Shown here: in pieces, positions 9,660 through 18,583 of the stretch
Layout: every line of letters starts with the position of its first letter
Numbering within the stretch: position 1 is the first letter of the stretch
NCBI GenBank assembly: GCA_964636125.1
Contig: CAZWPX010000003.1
Location: forward strand, 35,606-99,605
Reading direction: 5' to 3'
DNA: 64,000 nt
Origin: an uncultured Desulfobacterales bacterium
Lineage (GTDB): Bacteria > Desulfobacterota > Desulfobacteria > Desulfobacterales > CAJINA01
Notes under the pieces: generated by a model
Told to the model about the DNA's origin: nothing
What the model saw: only the letters and a program-made list of their open reading frames with translations
Database searches by the model: none
Made by a program: the position numbers and the translations under genes

Positions 9660-10073
9660 CTAAGCCTCATCCTTTTTTTCAGACGCCGGTGGATCTCTGG
9701 AATCGGTCTGGTTATCCCTGATGCAGCGGATCCAATAAACCATTTCCTCCGGATCGACCGGTTTATTGATACAGGCAAAAATGTAGTAGCACAGCGCCTC
9801 TTTGAGCTCAGGGTGAAAGCGCTCCCGGGAGGTGCACAGGAAGCAAACGTCCGGGTAGGCCAGGGTCAGGTTGCGAATGGTACGGTTGTCTATATCAAGA
9901 TTATCAATGTCCAATATGACAGCCAGAAAGGCGGATTTGGCCAATACCGTCTGCAGGTCGCCCATAGAGTGGCACACCCGGATCCGGTGTCCTTCGAAGC
10001 GAATCATATCAGCCAGTTTGCTGGATTCATCCCGATCCGAATTGGCTATGAGAACTTCTTGTTCGTTTTTCAC
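9660..10073 (-). CDS. Stand-alone receiver (REC, CheY-like) domain protein; first gene of the molybdoenzyme operon
   Basis: 137 aa. Receiver landmarks are present: VLIANSD (acidic pocket SD, not DD), AVILDID (candidate phospho-Asp), FLCTS (T/S) and INKP (Lys-Pro). There is no output domain. Confidence 0.7.
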   Translation of the reverse strand: MKNEQEVLIANSDRDESSKLADMIRFEGHRIRVCHSMGDLQTVLAKSAFLAVILDIDNLDIDNRTIRNLTLAYPDVCFLCTSRERFHPELKEALCYYIFACINKPVDPEEMVYWIRCIRDNQTDSRDPPASEKKDEA

Positions 10074-10143
10074 AGAATTCCAATATGTTGTCTATAAATT
10101 CAGGATTCATGCGAAACAGTCAGCCGACTTTAGCTATACCTAT

Positions 10144-10159
10144 AACAAGACGCATGCCA
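10144..10159 (-). promoter_or_regulatory. Candidate sigma54 (-24/-12) promoter for the REC-molybdoenzyme operon
   Basis: The minus strand reads TGGCATG-CGTC-TTGTT against the consensus TGGCACG-N4-TTGCW, with correct spacing. The -12 GC is GT, which weakens the call. It lies about 70 nt upstream of the REC start and downstream of a sigma54 activator gene. Confidence 0.35.
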
Positions 10160-10310
10160 GATTCATGATCGTGCCGAAATTAGGCGATCCGGGAAAACCT
10201 CATGCTACGCAACTGTTTGTATTTTTTATAATTAAAATCTTATGGCGCCTATGCCGCGCAAGCAGCCCACGGAGGAAATGGGAAACCCTGTCTTTGAAAA
10301 GCAAGGCCGG

Positions 10311-10339
10311 TTGTCCGGAATCCGGACAATGCTGTCCGG
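10311..10339. promoter_or_regulatory. Perfect 9-1-9 palindrome plus an extra half-site; candidate enhancer (UAS) for the adjacent sigma54 activator
   Basis: TTGTCCGGA-A-TCCGGACAA at 10311-10329, followed by a third TGTCCGG at 10333-10339. It sits about 150-190 bp upstream of the sigma54-like promoter, with an AT-rich stretch (10215-10245) between them. Confidence 0.45.
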
Positions 10340-10533
10340 TAGAATATAAAAAGTTATTGAATAACAAATAGATATATTCGATCGGACACTTGCGAATTGC
10401 CGCCGAGTGGCTGCGGGCAGAGACGCAGCCTCACGATGAATGCGCTGAGGGGGATCTAAACCGGAAGGGGCGGCACGGAGGCATGCATTCAATGCCGGCA
10501 AAAAGGCATTTCAGCGGACCGAAATTTCAATCC

Positions 10534-12789
10534 TCAATGCAGGGTGGGATTTTTGATGCGGTATTTTTTTAGCTTTTCATACAGGGTGCTGCGGCTGATG
10601 CCGAGTTGGGTCGCCGCGGCACTTTTGTTCCCGGAACAGGCCGCCAATGCATCCTGGATTAACTGCTCTTCATTTTCAATGATGGAAACGGGGGGTGCCG
10701 GTCGGCGATTCACAGCTGTACGGAGCTGCATCTCCCTCAGAGACAAGGGCAGATCTCCAGGCTGAACAGCGTCGGATTTTGCCAGCACGACCGCATGCTC
10801 GATACCGTTTTCAAGCTCACGCACGTTGCCGGGCCAGTGGTGGTCCAGCAGCAGGCGCATGGCCTCCTCACCGATACCGGTCAACACTTTATCCCGCTCC
10901 CGGGCAAAATGCCTGAGAAAATGGTTGGCCAGCAGGGGAATGTCGTTGCGACGTTCTCTAAGCGGTGGGATCTGAATAGGGATTACGTTGAGCCGATAGA
11001 AAAGATCCTCGCGGAAACGTCCTGACTTGACCTCGTCTTCAAGACTGCGATTCGTTGCCGCCAGAATACGCACATCGACCTCTATGGACCTTTCACCGCC
11101 CACCCGCTCAATGGTGTGATTCTGGAGTACCCGCAACAGTTTGATCTGGGCGGTGGGGGAAATGTCGCCGATTTCATCCAGAAACACCGTTCCGCCGTGC
11201 GCCTGTTCAAATCGACCGATTTTTTGCCTGGTAGCACCGGTAAAAGCACCCTTTTCATGACCGAACAATTCACTTTCCAATAGGGTGGAAGGATACGCCG
11301 AGCAATTGATCACCACGAAGGCCCCGCCGTGCCTTTCACTTGATCTATGAATGGCTTTGGCCACAAGTTCTTTACCTGTGCCGCTTTCACCCAGGATCAA
11401 CACATTGGCATCGGTTGGCGCCACATCTTCAATGAGTTGATAGACAACCTGCAGCTTGGGGTCGCGGCCAATGATGTCACCGTATGCCGACGATTCTTCC
11501 ACCCGGATCCTGAGCGAATACAGGGCCCGTTCACTTAACAGGGCGCGATTCAAGGCCCCGGCCGCCTGCTTCAGCAGGAGAGACACCATTGCCAGTTCGT
11601 TCTTGAGACAGTGGCAATTATCAGTGCAGGCCACCAGCAGGGCGCCCAGCGGCCGGTTTTCGTAGTGGTAAGGAAATACTGCCAACCGTCGGGCCGCAGT
11701 CAGTTGGCCGGGCACCGGCAGACTGGCCATTTCGTTTACCGGCAACCATCCGAATTCGCCGACCCCCTTCAGCACGCTGACGAGTTGATCGTATTCCTCC
11801 CTGTATACGGGCGGGCCGGCGCTGGCCGCAAGGTACAAAAGGGCGTGCCGTTTTTCATCCAGAACCGCGATGGTCATGTGCCGGCATTGCACGATAGAGC
11901 GAAGCGTTCTGACGATATAATCGCCGATTTCATTGAGGGTCGATAAAGCGGCGATCTTCTGTGAGAAGGTTAAAGACGCGGATATTTGCTTGTGGGCCCG
12001 GTCAAGTTCGATGTTCTTGACCTCCAGTTGATCGTTGGATTGCTCTATTCTAACCAGGTACTTTCTCAAACGCGCGAGCATGCCGTTAAACGCGCTGGTA
12101 AGCGCATTCACTTCCTCGCGGCCCTGTATGTCAAGCCGCGTGTCCACCGAATTTTCATCGATGGTGGCGACCGCCTGTTTGAGTTGGGTCAGGGGACGGA
12201 GCAGTCGACTGATGAGAATATTGGTCAGGACCAATGATAACCCAAGGATTACCAGGGTCAACAGCGTCATGTACACCCACATAGAGGCGACCTGGGCACG
12301 ATACGGGGCCTCCGCCAATCCGATTCGGAGGATACCCGCCCGGCCCTCAAAAATCGGCATTGCCACATCTATGAACCGCTCATTTTTTTCAGAAATGGTT
12401 TTGACGATTTGGCTTTGTCGGCCTTGTACGGACAGATGATTCGAGTCAATCAGGTCACCGGGAATACCATCTTTGAACGTATGCGCCAGCACCTGCTGGT
12501 CCGGTTTGACAATGAACAGGTAGGATACGGCGGCATCGCTGGCAATCTGGTCTTCAATCATTTTCTGGATGGCGACGACGTCATTGATGAGAATCAGATC
12601 AGTGAGATCAAGGGCGAGTTTTTTAGCAATGGCTTCAGCCCGCACCTGGGCGGCCTCGATTAAATTGGCACTGAATCGTTCCGTGAGGACCATTGATATC
12701 ATGAGACCCGAGCAGACTACGATGATCGTGACGGACACCAGCAAAGCATTTTTAAGACTGTCAGAGCGCACCCTACCCCTTTCCCGCAT
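10534..12789 (-). CDS. Membrane-anchored sigma54-dependent transcriptional activator (TM-periplasmic domain-TM-HAMP-GAF-AAA+-Fis HTH)
   Basis: 751 aa. Hydrophobic segments at about aa 15-35 and 169-193 flank a domain of about 130 aa. A HAMP-like region follows ([15 protein letters not shown]...[14 protein letters not shown]), then a GAF-like region. Walker A is GESGTGKE. The GAFTGA loop is at 11233-11250. The C-terminal HTH is [20 protein letters not shown]. No receiver domain is present. Confidence 0.85.
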   Translation of the reverse strand: MRERGRVRSDSLKNALLVSVTIIVVCSGLMISMVLTERFSANLIEAAQVRAEAIAKKLALDLTDLILINDVVAIQKMIEDQIASDAAVSYLFIVKPDQQVLAHTFKDGIPGDLIDSNHLSVQGRQSQIVKTISEKNERFIDVAMPIFEGRAGILRIGLAEAPYRAQVASMWVYMTLLTLVILGLSLVLTNILISRLLRPLTQLKQAVATIDENSVDTRLDIQGREEVNALTSAFNGMLARLRKYLVRIEQSNDQLEVKNIELDRAHKQISASLTFSQKIAALSTLNEIGDYIVRTLRSIVQCRHMTIAVLDEKRHALLYLAASAGPPVYREEYDQLVSVLKGVGEFGWLPVNEMASLPVPGQLTAARRLAVFPYHYENRPLGALLVACTDNCHCLKNELAMVSLLLKQAAGALNRALLSERALYSLRIRVEESSAYGDIIGRDPKLQVVYQLIEDVAPTDANVLILGESGTGKELVAKAIHRSSERHGGAFVVINCSAYPSTLLESELFGHEKGAFTGATRQKIGRFEQAHGGTVFLDEIGDISPTAQIKLLRVLQNHTIERVGGERSIEVDVRILAATNRSLEDEVKSGRFREDLFYRLNVIPIQIPPLRERRNDIPLLANHFLRHFARERDKVLTGIGEEAMRLLLDHHWPGNVRELENGIEHAVVLAKSDAVQPGDLPLSLREMQLRTAVNRRPAPPVSIIENEEQLIQDALAACSGNKSAAATQLGISRSTLYEKLKKYRIKNPTLH

Positions 12790-13753
12790 TCAGCGCGGCT
12801 GACATGTCCCGAACGGGTTCGTACCAGGCATTATCAGGGGCGACAAACCGGTCTATCATCAACTCCTTGAGGATAGCCTGGCCCTTTTCGGTATTGTGCA
12901 TATAGAGAACCACACCACGGATTTGATTTTTTAAGCCTTCTGGTATGTGCGCAGACATCACCAGCGGCGGACTCCCGAAGGGGGGCGACTTTTTGATAAT
13001 CCGGGTCTGTGATGTAAAAAAGGATTTGCGGCCCTGGAAATACTCCCACTTGTGGCCATCCACGGCAGCACCATCCACCAACCCTTTGGCAACCGCCATA
13101 ATGGAATTGTCATGGCTGTAAGTGTATACGGTGCTCTTGAAAAAAGTTTCCGGGGTCTCATTGATCTCATGCAGCCAGTAAGTCGGTACCAGCGACCCCG
13201 TGTTTGAATCGGGATCGGTGAAGGCAAACATCTGCTGCCGGAGATCGGTCAAACGCTGAAAGTCGCTGTTGCGATGAACGATCAGATAAGACTGGTAATA
13301 GGGTTTGCCGCGGACTACCGGTGTGGCCACGGCTTCGAATTCATAGACATAGCGATCGGTGGCATAAGGGCCGGTGCAAACGAAGGCCATGTCAATTTTT
13401 CTGCGGGGGAAAAGTTCGTTGATCTCACCGTAGGTTTTGCGCTGAACCAACTGTATGTCGCGGTCAACCTGATCACCGATATAGGACAACAGCTCATTGT
13501 AAAATGTGATGGTTTCCTTGGGAGAAATCATCGCCGCCACCGCCACGCGTAAAGATTTACGGCCGCTAGCCGGTCCGGCAACCGTCCTTGTAGCTGTCTC
13601 TATCTTTTTTTGGGAAAAATCGACCAGCTTGTACTCACTGCCTTTTTCACAGCCTACAGCCACTATCACCAGAAGGGCCAGGCTGACAGCAATCAGTGTC
13701 TCGTTCAATCTGCTTGTTATTTTCCTGGGCACGCTCATCACCTGGGAATTCAA
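12773..13753 (-). CDS. Periplasmic PhnD-type (phosphonate/oxyanion ABC substrate-binding fold) protein, AioX-like by context
   Basis: 326 aa with an N-terminal signal or lipoprotein-like segment (LIAVSLALLVIVAVGC). PhnD-family pattern: LRVAVAAMISPKET...YGEINELFPRRKIDMAFVCTGPY...DPDSNTGSLVP. No ABC permease or ATPase is nearby. Its stop overlaps the activator start by 17 nt. Confidence 0.7.
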   Translation of the reverse strand: MNSQVMSVPRKITSRLNETLIAVSLALLVIVAVGCEKGSEYKLVDFSQKKIETATRTVAGPASGRKSLRVAVAAMISPKETITFYNELLSYIGDQVDRDIQLVQRKTYGEINELFPRRKIDMAFVCTGPYATDRYVYEFEAVATPVVRGKPYYQSYLIVHRNSDFQRLTDLRQQMFAFTDPDSNTGSLVPTYWLHEINETPETFFKSTVYTYSHDNSIMAVAKGLVDGAAVDGHKWEYFQGRKSFFTSQTRIIKKSPPFGSPPLVMSAHIPEGLKNQIRGVVLYMHNTEKGQAILKELMIDRFVAPDNAWYEPVRDMSAALNAGKG

Positions 13754-13839
13754 GGCTTTAAGTAAACGTTCTTACCGCCATACAACACAGGCAAGATGGA
13801 TTTATTCCAGACGTCATATGCCACAATGTGGTATTTCGA

Positions 13840-13868
13840 ATTATAAGGTCGCCCCACTTTCCAGTCAA
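13840..13868 (-). promoter_or_regulatory. Strong sigma70-type promoter for the binding-protein/activator gene pair
   Basis: The minus strand reads TTGACT (13863-13868), a 17-nt spacer, then TATAAT (13840-13845), about 85 nt upstream of the 13753 start. Confidence 0.55.
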
Positions 13869-13909
13869 GCAAATAGTTCTTTCGCACCTGACAGGTAAAA
13901 ATACCGGCC

Positions 13910-14375
13910 CTACAGCAAAATAGGCATCATGCTGTTGACCTCTTCGATAACCTGTTTTCCTGCTTCATTTTTTGAACATGCCACACTACCTGTCATGTAG
14001 GTTTCGTCCTCTATGGGAATCAACGCTATCTTATCAGCATACCCCAGTTTTTCTGCATCATAGATCGTAGAACTAAGAGAAAGAAAATAATCACCACGAC
14101 GATTCAACAGCATTTTCAATGCCTGCCGGCCGAGTTCATCCGTATATAAATAGGATATATTGTCTAACCCTGAATGCGGATATGGCAAGGTTAATAATAT
14201 CAAAGCCGAAACCTGTCGGATCTTTTTCATTTTCCAGAATGAACATGGGCGGATATGTAAAATAGGCCCAGGTAACGACGTTCCCTGCATAGCCTAAAGC
14301 TGCGAAACAGCCAGACCACAGAAGTGAAAGTAGGAGGTAAGTACCCACACCTTTCTTGAAATTCTTGGCATTCAT
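13910..14375 (-). pseudogene. Frameshifted and shortened family-3 solute-binding protein remnant
   Basis: ORF 14136-14375 encodes a signal peptide plus VVTWAYFTYPPMFILENEKDPTGFGFDIINLA. The homology appears to continue in another frame (ORF 13910-14290: DNISYLYTDELGRQALKMLLNRRGDYF...). The combined length of about 155 aa is well below the roughly 250 aa usual for this fold. Confidence 0.4.
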
Positions 14376-14498
14376 AACAACTTACAACCTGTTTCCATCC
14401 AGGACCTGCTCCAGCGCCTTCTTGCATTGTTTTACTTGCTACGGATTGTGCAGGAGGACTTGAGACTGCTCTGCATGGTCTTCGGTATATTTAGAGTT

Positions 14499-15875
14499 TC
14501 ATAGGACCCGCTGGCCGGGATCACAGCTCCCGATACTATCCCGGACAGTTTCGGCGATCTCCTGGCAATACGCAGCAGTCACCTGTTCATCCGGACCTTC
14601 CACCATCACCCGGCAAACCGGCTGGGTTCCGGAATACCTTACCAGTACCCTGCCCTGGTCACCCAGACGGGCTTCAACGTCTGCAATTGCCCGGGCAACA
14701 TCCGTTAATGATTCCAATTCCGGTTTAGCGGTTACCTCAACGGCCAGCAATTCCTGGGGATATACCTGCATCACCCCGGCAAGTTCTGAAAAGGTCTTGG
14801 CCTGCCGCTGCATGGCAGCCAGTACCTTCAGGGCTGACAAAATGCCGTCACCGGTTGAATGCTGATCCCGGAAAATCATGTGCCCTGAGTTTTCACCGCC
14901 GATCACAGCACTGTCCTCAACCATTTTTTCCATGACATATCGGTCACCTACATCGGATACTGAATGTATAACGTCATGTTGTTCCAGGGTCCTGACCAGA
15001 CCGATATTACTCATGACTGTGGTGACTACCCGGTTGTTGTCCAGACGGCCGGCCTGTTTATAATCGATTGCGCAGATAGCGATGAGCTGGTCACCTGAAA
15101 TTTCCCGGCCCGTCTCATCCACAGCGATCAGCCGGTCGGCATCGCCGTCAAAAGCCAGCCCGACAGCTGCGTTTTTTTGGCAAAGGGCCTGAACCAGTCC
15201 ACCGGTATGTTCCGATCCACAGCCAGCATTGATATTGGTTCCGTCCGGGGCGGCGTTGAGAACGGTCAAGTCGGCGCCCAGACGTTTGAACACCACCGGG
15301 GCAATCTCAGAGGCTGCGCCGTGGGCGCAGTCAATGACCACCGGCAGGTCTTTGAGAAGGTCGGGCACGGCCGCGCATTTGCATAGAAAATCGATATAGG
15401 TCCTGCCAGCCTCCGGAAGCGGGGCTACCCGGCCGGTCTTTCGCGGCCCCTCTTTCTCCGGCGATCCTGCGAGTTGGGCAATCCGGTGTTCAATGTCGGC
15501 TTCGACGCTTTCAGAAAGCTTGCGACCGGCGTGGTTGAAAACCTTGATTCCGTTGTCATACCAGGGATTATGCGAGGCCGACACGACAATTCCCACAGCA
15601 GATGGGTCCTGTTTTGCCAGGTACGCAATAGCCGGCGTGGGTACGACACCCGCTTTCAACACATCCAGGCCGGCTGCGCAGACACCGGCGGCGATTGCTT
15701 CCGCAAACATGTCCCCGGATATGCGGGTGTCCTGACCGATGATCACCTTGCTGCAGCGCTGCTGTTCGCCGAAATACTCGGCCACCGCCCGGCCCACGTG
15801 CAGGGCGGTGGCACCTGTCATGGGGGGCGTATTGGCCAACCCCCTGATACCATCGGTTCCAAAAAGTTTTTTCAT
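14499..15875 (-). CDS. glmM: Phosphoglucosamine mutase
   Basis: 458 aa. MKKLFGTDGIRG at the N-terminus, the active-site loop SASHNPWYDNGIK and FDGDADR motifs. Confidence 0.95.
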   Translation of the reverse strand: MKKLFGTDGIRGLANTPPMTGATALHVGRAVAEYFGEQQRCSKVIIGQDTRISGDMFAEAIAAGVCAAGLDVLKAGVVPTPAIAYLAKQDPSAVGIVVSASHNPWYDNGIKVFNHAGRKLSESVEADIEHRIAQLAGSPEKEGPRKTGRVAPLPEAGRTYIDFLCKCAAVPDLLKDLPVVIDCAHGAASEIAPVVFKRLGADLTVLNAAPDGTNINAGCGSEHTGGLVQALCQKNAAVGLAFDGDADRLIAVDETGREISGDQLIAICAIDYKQAGRLDNNRVVTTVMSNIGLVRTLEQHDVIHSVSDVGDRYVMEKMVEDSAVIGGENSGHMIFRDQHSTGDGILSALKVLAAMQRQAKTFSELAGVMQVYPQELLAVEVTAKPELESLTDVARAIADVEARLGDQGRVLVRYSGTQPVCRVMVEGPDEQVTAAYCQEIAETVRDSIGSCDPGQRVL

Positions 15876-15886
15876 TGAATAGACAC

Positions 15887-17143
15887 CTATTGTAATGCGG
15901 GCAAATGGCTCATAACATCCGCGCTGATCTGGTTGACAATCGACTGGAGCCAGTCGCTGCCGGCTTCGCGTTCATTTGATTCCAGGCCCTGGATCACTGT
16001 CAGGTAATGATTACCCCGGGTTTTAATTGCAAGCTGGATGGATTCCAGGAAACACTCCTGCAAATCGTTGTCCCCGGTTATTTCCAATCCGCCCTGCAGG
16101 GCTAATTCCACGTCCCCCCAACGGTCGTATAAAGCTTGTTGCTGCCCCGCCGCCCCGCCGCCCCGCGCGGATGTCTCGCCATCAGCCAGCAGTTCTATGG
16201 AAGACGGCATTTTCATTGCAAACGCCTTGAATTGCTTTACGCGTTCGTGCAGCGCCAAATCAAGGGTATCATTTAAACCTGCGGCCAGTTCTGTCGGGTA
16301 GCGGTCAGAGATAAATTGCGATCGTACCTGGCGGTACCACTGCCGGAGAGCAAAAAGATTGGCTATGTAGCGGACATTGTGGCCCACAACGCGCTTGATT
16401 CCCAGGTATGTACCCGGCGAAAATGGGATTCTGGCCGAACGGGCCGCCCCTTCGACAATCAGACGCCCGGGCCGGGATTCATCTTTACGGCAGATAGAGC
16501 CGGCCGCAACGATGGTACCGTAGGTCAAATGGCAGGGGCCCACCAGCCCCCCCTGCCCGCCCAGGAAGATCGGGCGGCGATCCAGCATGACGCCCCGGGA
16601 TACATCCCCGAGTAAGGATGCCGTGGCTTTGTCCTGGTTCGGGGTATAATTGAAATGAATATAGGAACTGCCCACCTCACTGTGGTCTTTCACGGACGTG
16701 CCGCCAGCCATGAAAATGTCACAGAAGTTAATCAGGCTGCCCAGCGTCACCCAGGGAAAGAGGATCGTCTGTTTCAAACCCACGGTATGGGCGCAACGGG
16801 CCTGTTCCTCGAAAATGGTGCCGGCCCGGACATGGGCCCCGGAACCACAACTGGCCCCCTCCAGGAATACGGCCCCCGAGAAATAACCACCCTTAAGCGC
16901 CACATCCGGACCCACGCAGCAATCTTCGATGGTCACGGGCGCTTCCCGGCCCAGGCGAACGCCTTCCAGAATGATCGTTTTCGCCCCATAAATTCGGCAG
17001 CCGGGATAAAGTACAACGGCGTTGCCCGAAATTTTGTCCGGGTCCACCTCTGCACCGATATCAATGCTGGCCGGATTTGATATGGCAACCCCTTTTTCCA
17101 ACAGGAGCCTGATTTTTTCTGCACTTGATTGGGACATGGGCAA
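15887..17143 (-). CDS. Left-handed beta-helix (hexapeptide-repeat) acyltransferase resembling the GlmU C-terminal domain, with an extra C-terminal helical region of about 170 aa
   Basis: 418 aa. The N-terminal two-thirds is rich in hexapeptide repeats (GVAISNPASIDIGAEV..., GNAVVLYPGCRIYG...). No nucleotidyltransferase domain is present. It lies directly upstream of glmM. Confidence 0.55.
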   Translation of the reverse strand: MPMSQSSAEKIRLLLEKGVAISNPASIDIGAEVDPDKISGNAVVLYPGCRIYGAKTIILEGVRLGREAPVTIEDCCVGPDVALKGGYFSGAVFLEGASCGSGAHVRAGTIFEEQARCAHTVGLKQTILFPWVTLGSLINFCDIFMAGGTSVKDHSEVGSSYIHFNYTPNQDKATASLLGDVSRGVMLDRRPIFLGGQGGLVGPCHLTYGTIVAAGSICRKDESRPGRLIVEGAARSARIPFSPGTYLGIKRVVGHNVRYIANLFALRQWYRQVRSQFISDRYPTELAAGLNDTLDLALHERVKQFKAFAMKMPSSIELLADGETSARGGGAAGQQQALYDRWGDVELALQGGLEITGDNDLQECFLESIQLAIKTRGNHYLTVIQGLESNEREAGSDWLQSIVNQISADVMSHLPALQ

Positions 17144-17281
17144 CCTTTTCTAATTGACAACCGGGATCAAGATTAAGATCGTGAGCAATAGGATATTCTT
17201 TAAGTTCAACTTAGGGAGTGATGCTCCTCCAGTATAGCGGGATGCATATCGAAAACTAACTACGCAAGCACCCTGCCGCCC

Positions 17282-18583
17282 CTAATCCGGCAGCAGGTCA
17301 TAAAAATACAGCATGGTATCCGAACGGGTAATGATACCCACCACCTGGTCGTCAGTGACCACCGGCAGACGGCCAATATCATGCTTGACCATCAGGTTGG
17401 CCGCCTGCATGGGGCTCTTGCCCGGGTCAATGGTGAGCACCTCGGTTGTCATGAAAGCCTTGACGGAAGAATCCAGGCGGGCTTCGGTTTTGACGCGTTT
17501 GAAATCGCGTCGGGAAATCATGCCCGTGATCCGGCCCTCATTGTCCGTGACCGGTATCCCTGTGCAGCCTTTTTCCCGCAGAACAATCGCGGCCGCACGC
17601 ATGCTCGTGTCGGCGGGAATGGTCACAACCGGAAAGGACATGAGGTCACTGACCCGGATGGATGACTGCTGACCGCTGGTGATGAACTGCACAATCATCT
17701 GTTCAATGGTCTCGGTGTTGGCTTTTTTCAGCATGGCCGACCCGGCCCCGGGGTGCCCGCCCCCGCCCAGACCGCGCATGATCACACCCACATCCAGGCT
17801 ATCTGAAACACTGCGGCCAATCACCATGCAACGTTTGCGTTCCGGGTTGCTGAAGATGCCGAAAGCGGTCTCCACATTGAGAATCTCCCGGTACATGCGG
17901 ACCACGACGGCCAGGCTTTCCACATGCCCGGATATCTCCTGGCAGTTGATACTGACGTTGTGTCCGTTAATGCTGGTTCTATCAGAATCCTGCAGCATTT
18001 TGAAAAGGATGTTTTTTTGCTTCACACCATAAGCGGGTTTCAAAAAAGTGGCCAGGATAGTGAGATCCGCCTTGCGTTCCAGGAGCCATCCGGCAGCGTA
18101 GGCATCATCGGCCGTGGTGGCAGGAAAGGCCAGATTGCCGGTGTCCTCATAGAGCCCCGCCAGAAAAAGGGTGGCCTGGATCGGGGTCAGGACCTTGTTT
18201 TCGGATTTCAGCTTCTGGACCATCAGGGTAATGTTGGCTCCCACCTCGGCCTGGCAGGACCAGTTGCTGCTGATGTTGCTGCCGCCGCCATGGTGGTCCC
18301 ACAGGTGGACATCCAGCTCTTTTTTATCTGCCAGCTGCCTGAGCCGGCCCAGCCTTTCCCAGCGATTGATATCCACAACCACCAACTGGGTGACCCTGTC
18401 GAGGTCGATCTCACCGGGTGTCTTGAAATTAAAAAGATCCTTGTGAATGGATAAGAAAGGTTTGAGATTCGGATTGACCTGGGTTGGCAGAACCGGAATA
18501 CAGCCGGGGTAGATCAAGGTGGCGGCAATAACCGATGCCAGTCCGTCAAAATCCGTATTCCTATGGGTCGTGGCGATGATCAT
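17282..18583 (-). CDS. DHH-family phosphoesterase with DHHA1-like region and a C-terminal CBS pair
   Basis: 433 aa. HRNTDFDGLAS (DHH motif I-II region), LWDHHGG, GGGGHPGAGS (DHHA1), then two CBS repeats (VSDLMSFPVVTI..., VKAFMTTEVLTI...). Confidence 0.8.
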   Translation of the reverse strand: MIIATTHRNTDFDGLASVIAATLIYPGCIPVLPTQVNPNLKPFLSIHKDLFNFKTPGEIDLDRVTQLVVVDINRWERLGRLRQLADKKELDVHLWDHHGGGSNISSNWSCQAEVGANITLMVQKLKSENKVLTPIQATLFLAGLYEDTGNLAFPATTADDAYAAGWLLERKADLTILATFLKPAYGVKQKNILFKMLQDSDRTSINGHNVSINCQEISGHVESLAVVVRMYREILNVETAFGIFSNPERKRCMVIGRSVSDSLDVGVIMRGLGGGGHPGAGSAMLKKANTETIEQMIVQFITSGQQSSIRVSDLMSFPVVTIPADTSMRAAAIVLREKGCTGIPVTDNEGRITGMISRRDFKRVKTEARLDSSVKAFMTTEVLTIDPGKSPMQAANLMVKHDIGRLPVVTDDQVVGIITRSDTMLYFYDLLPD

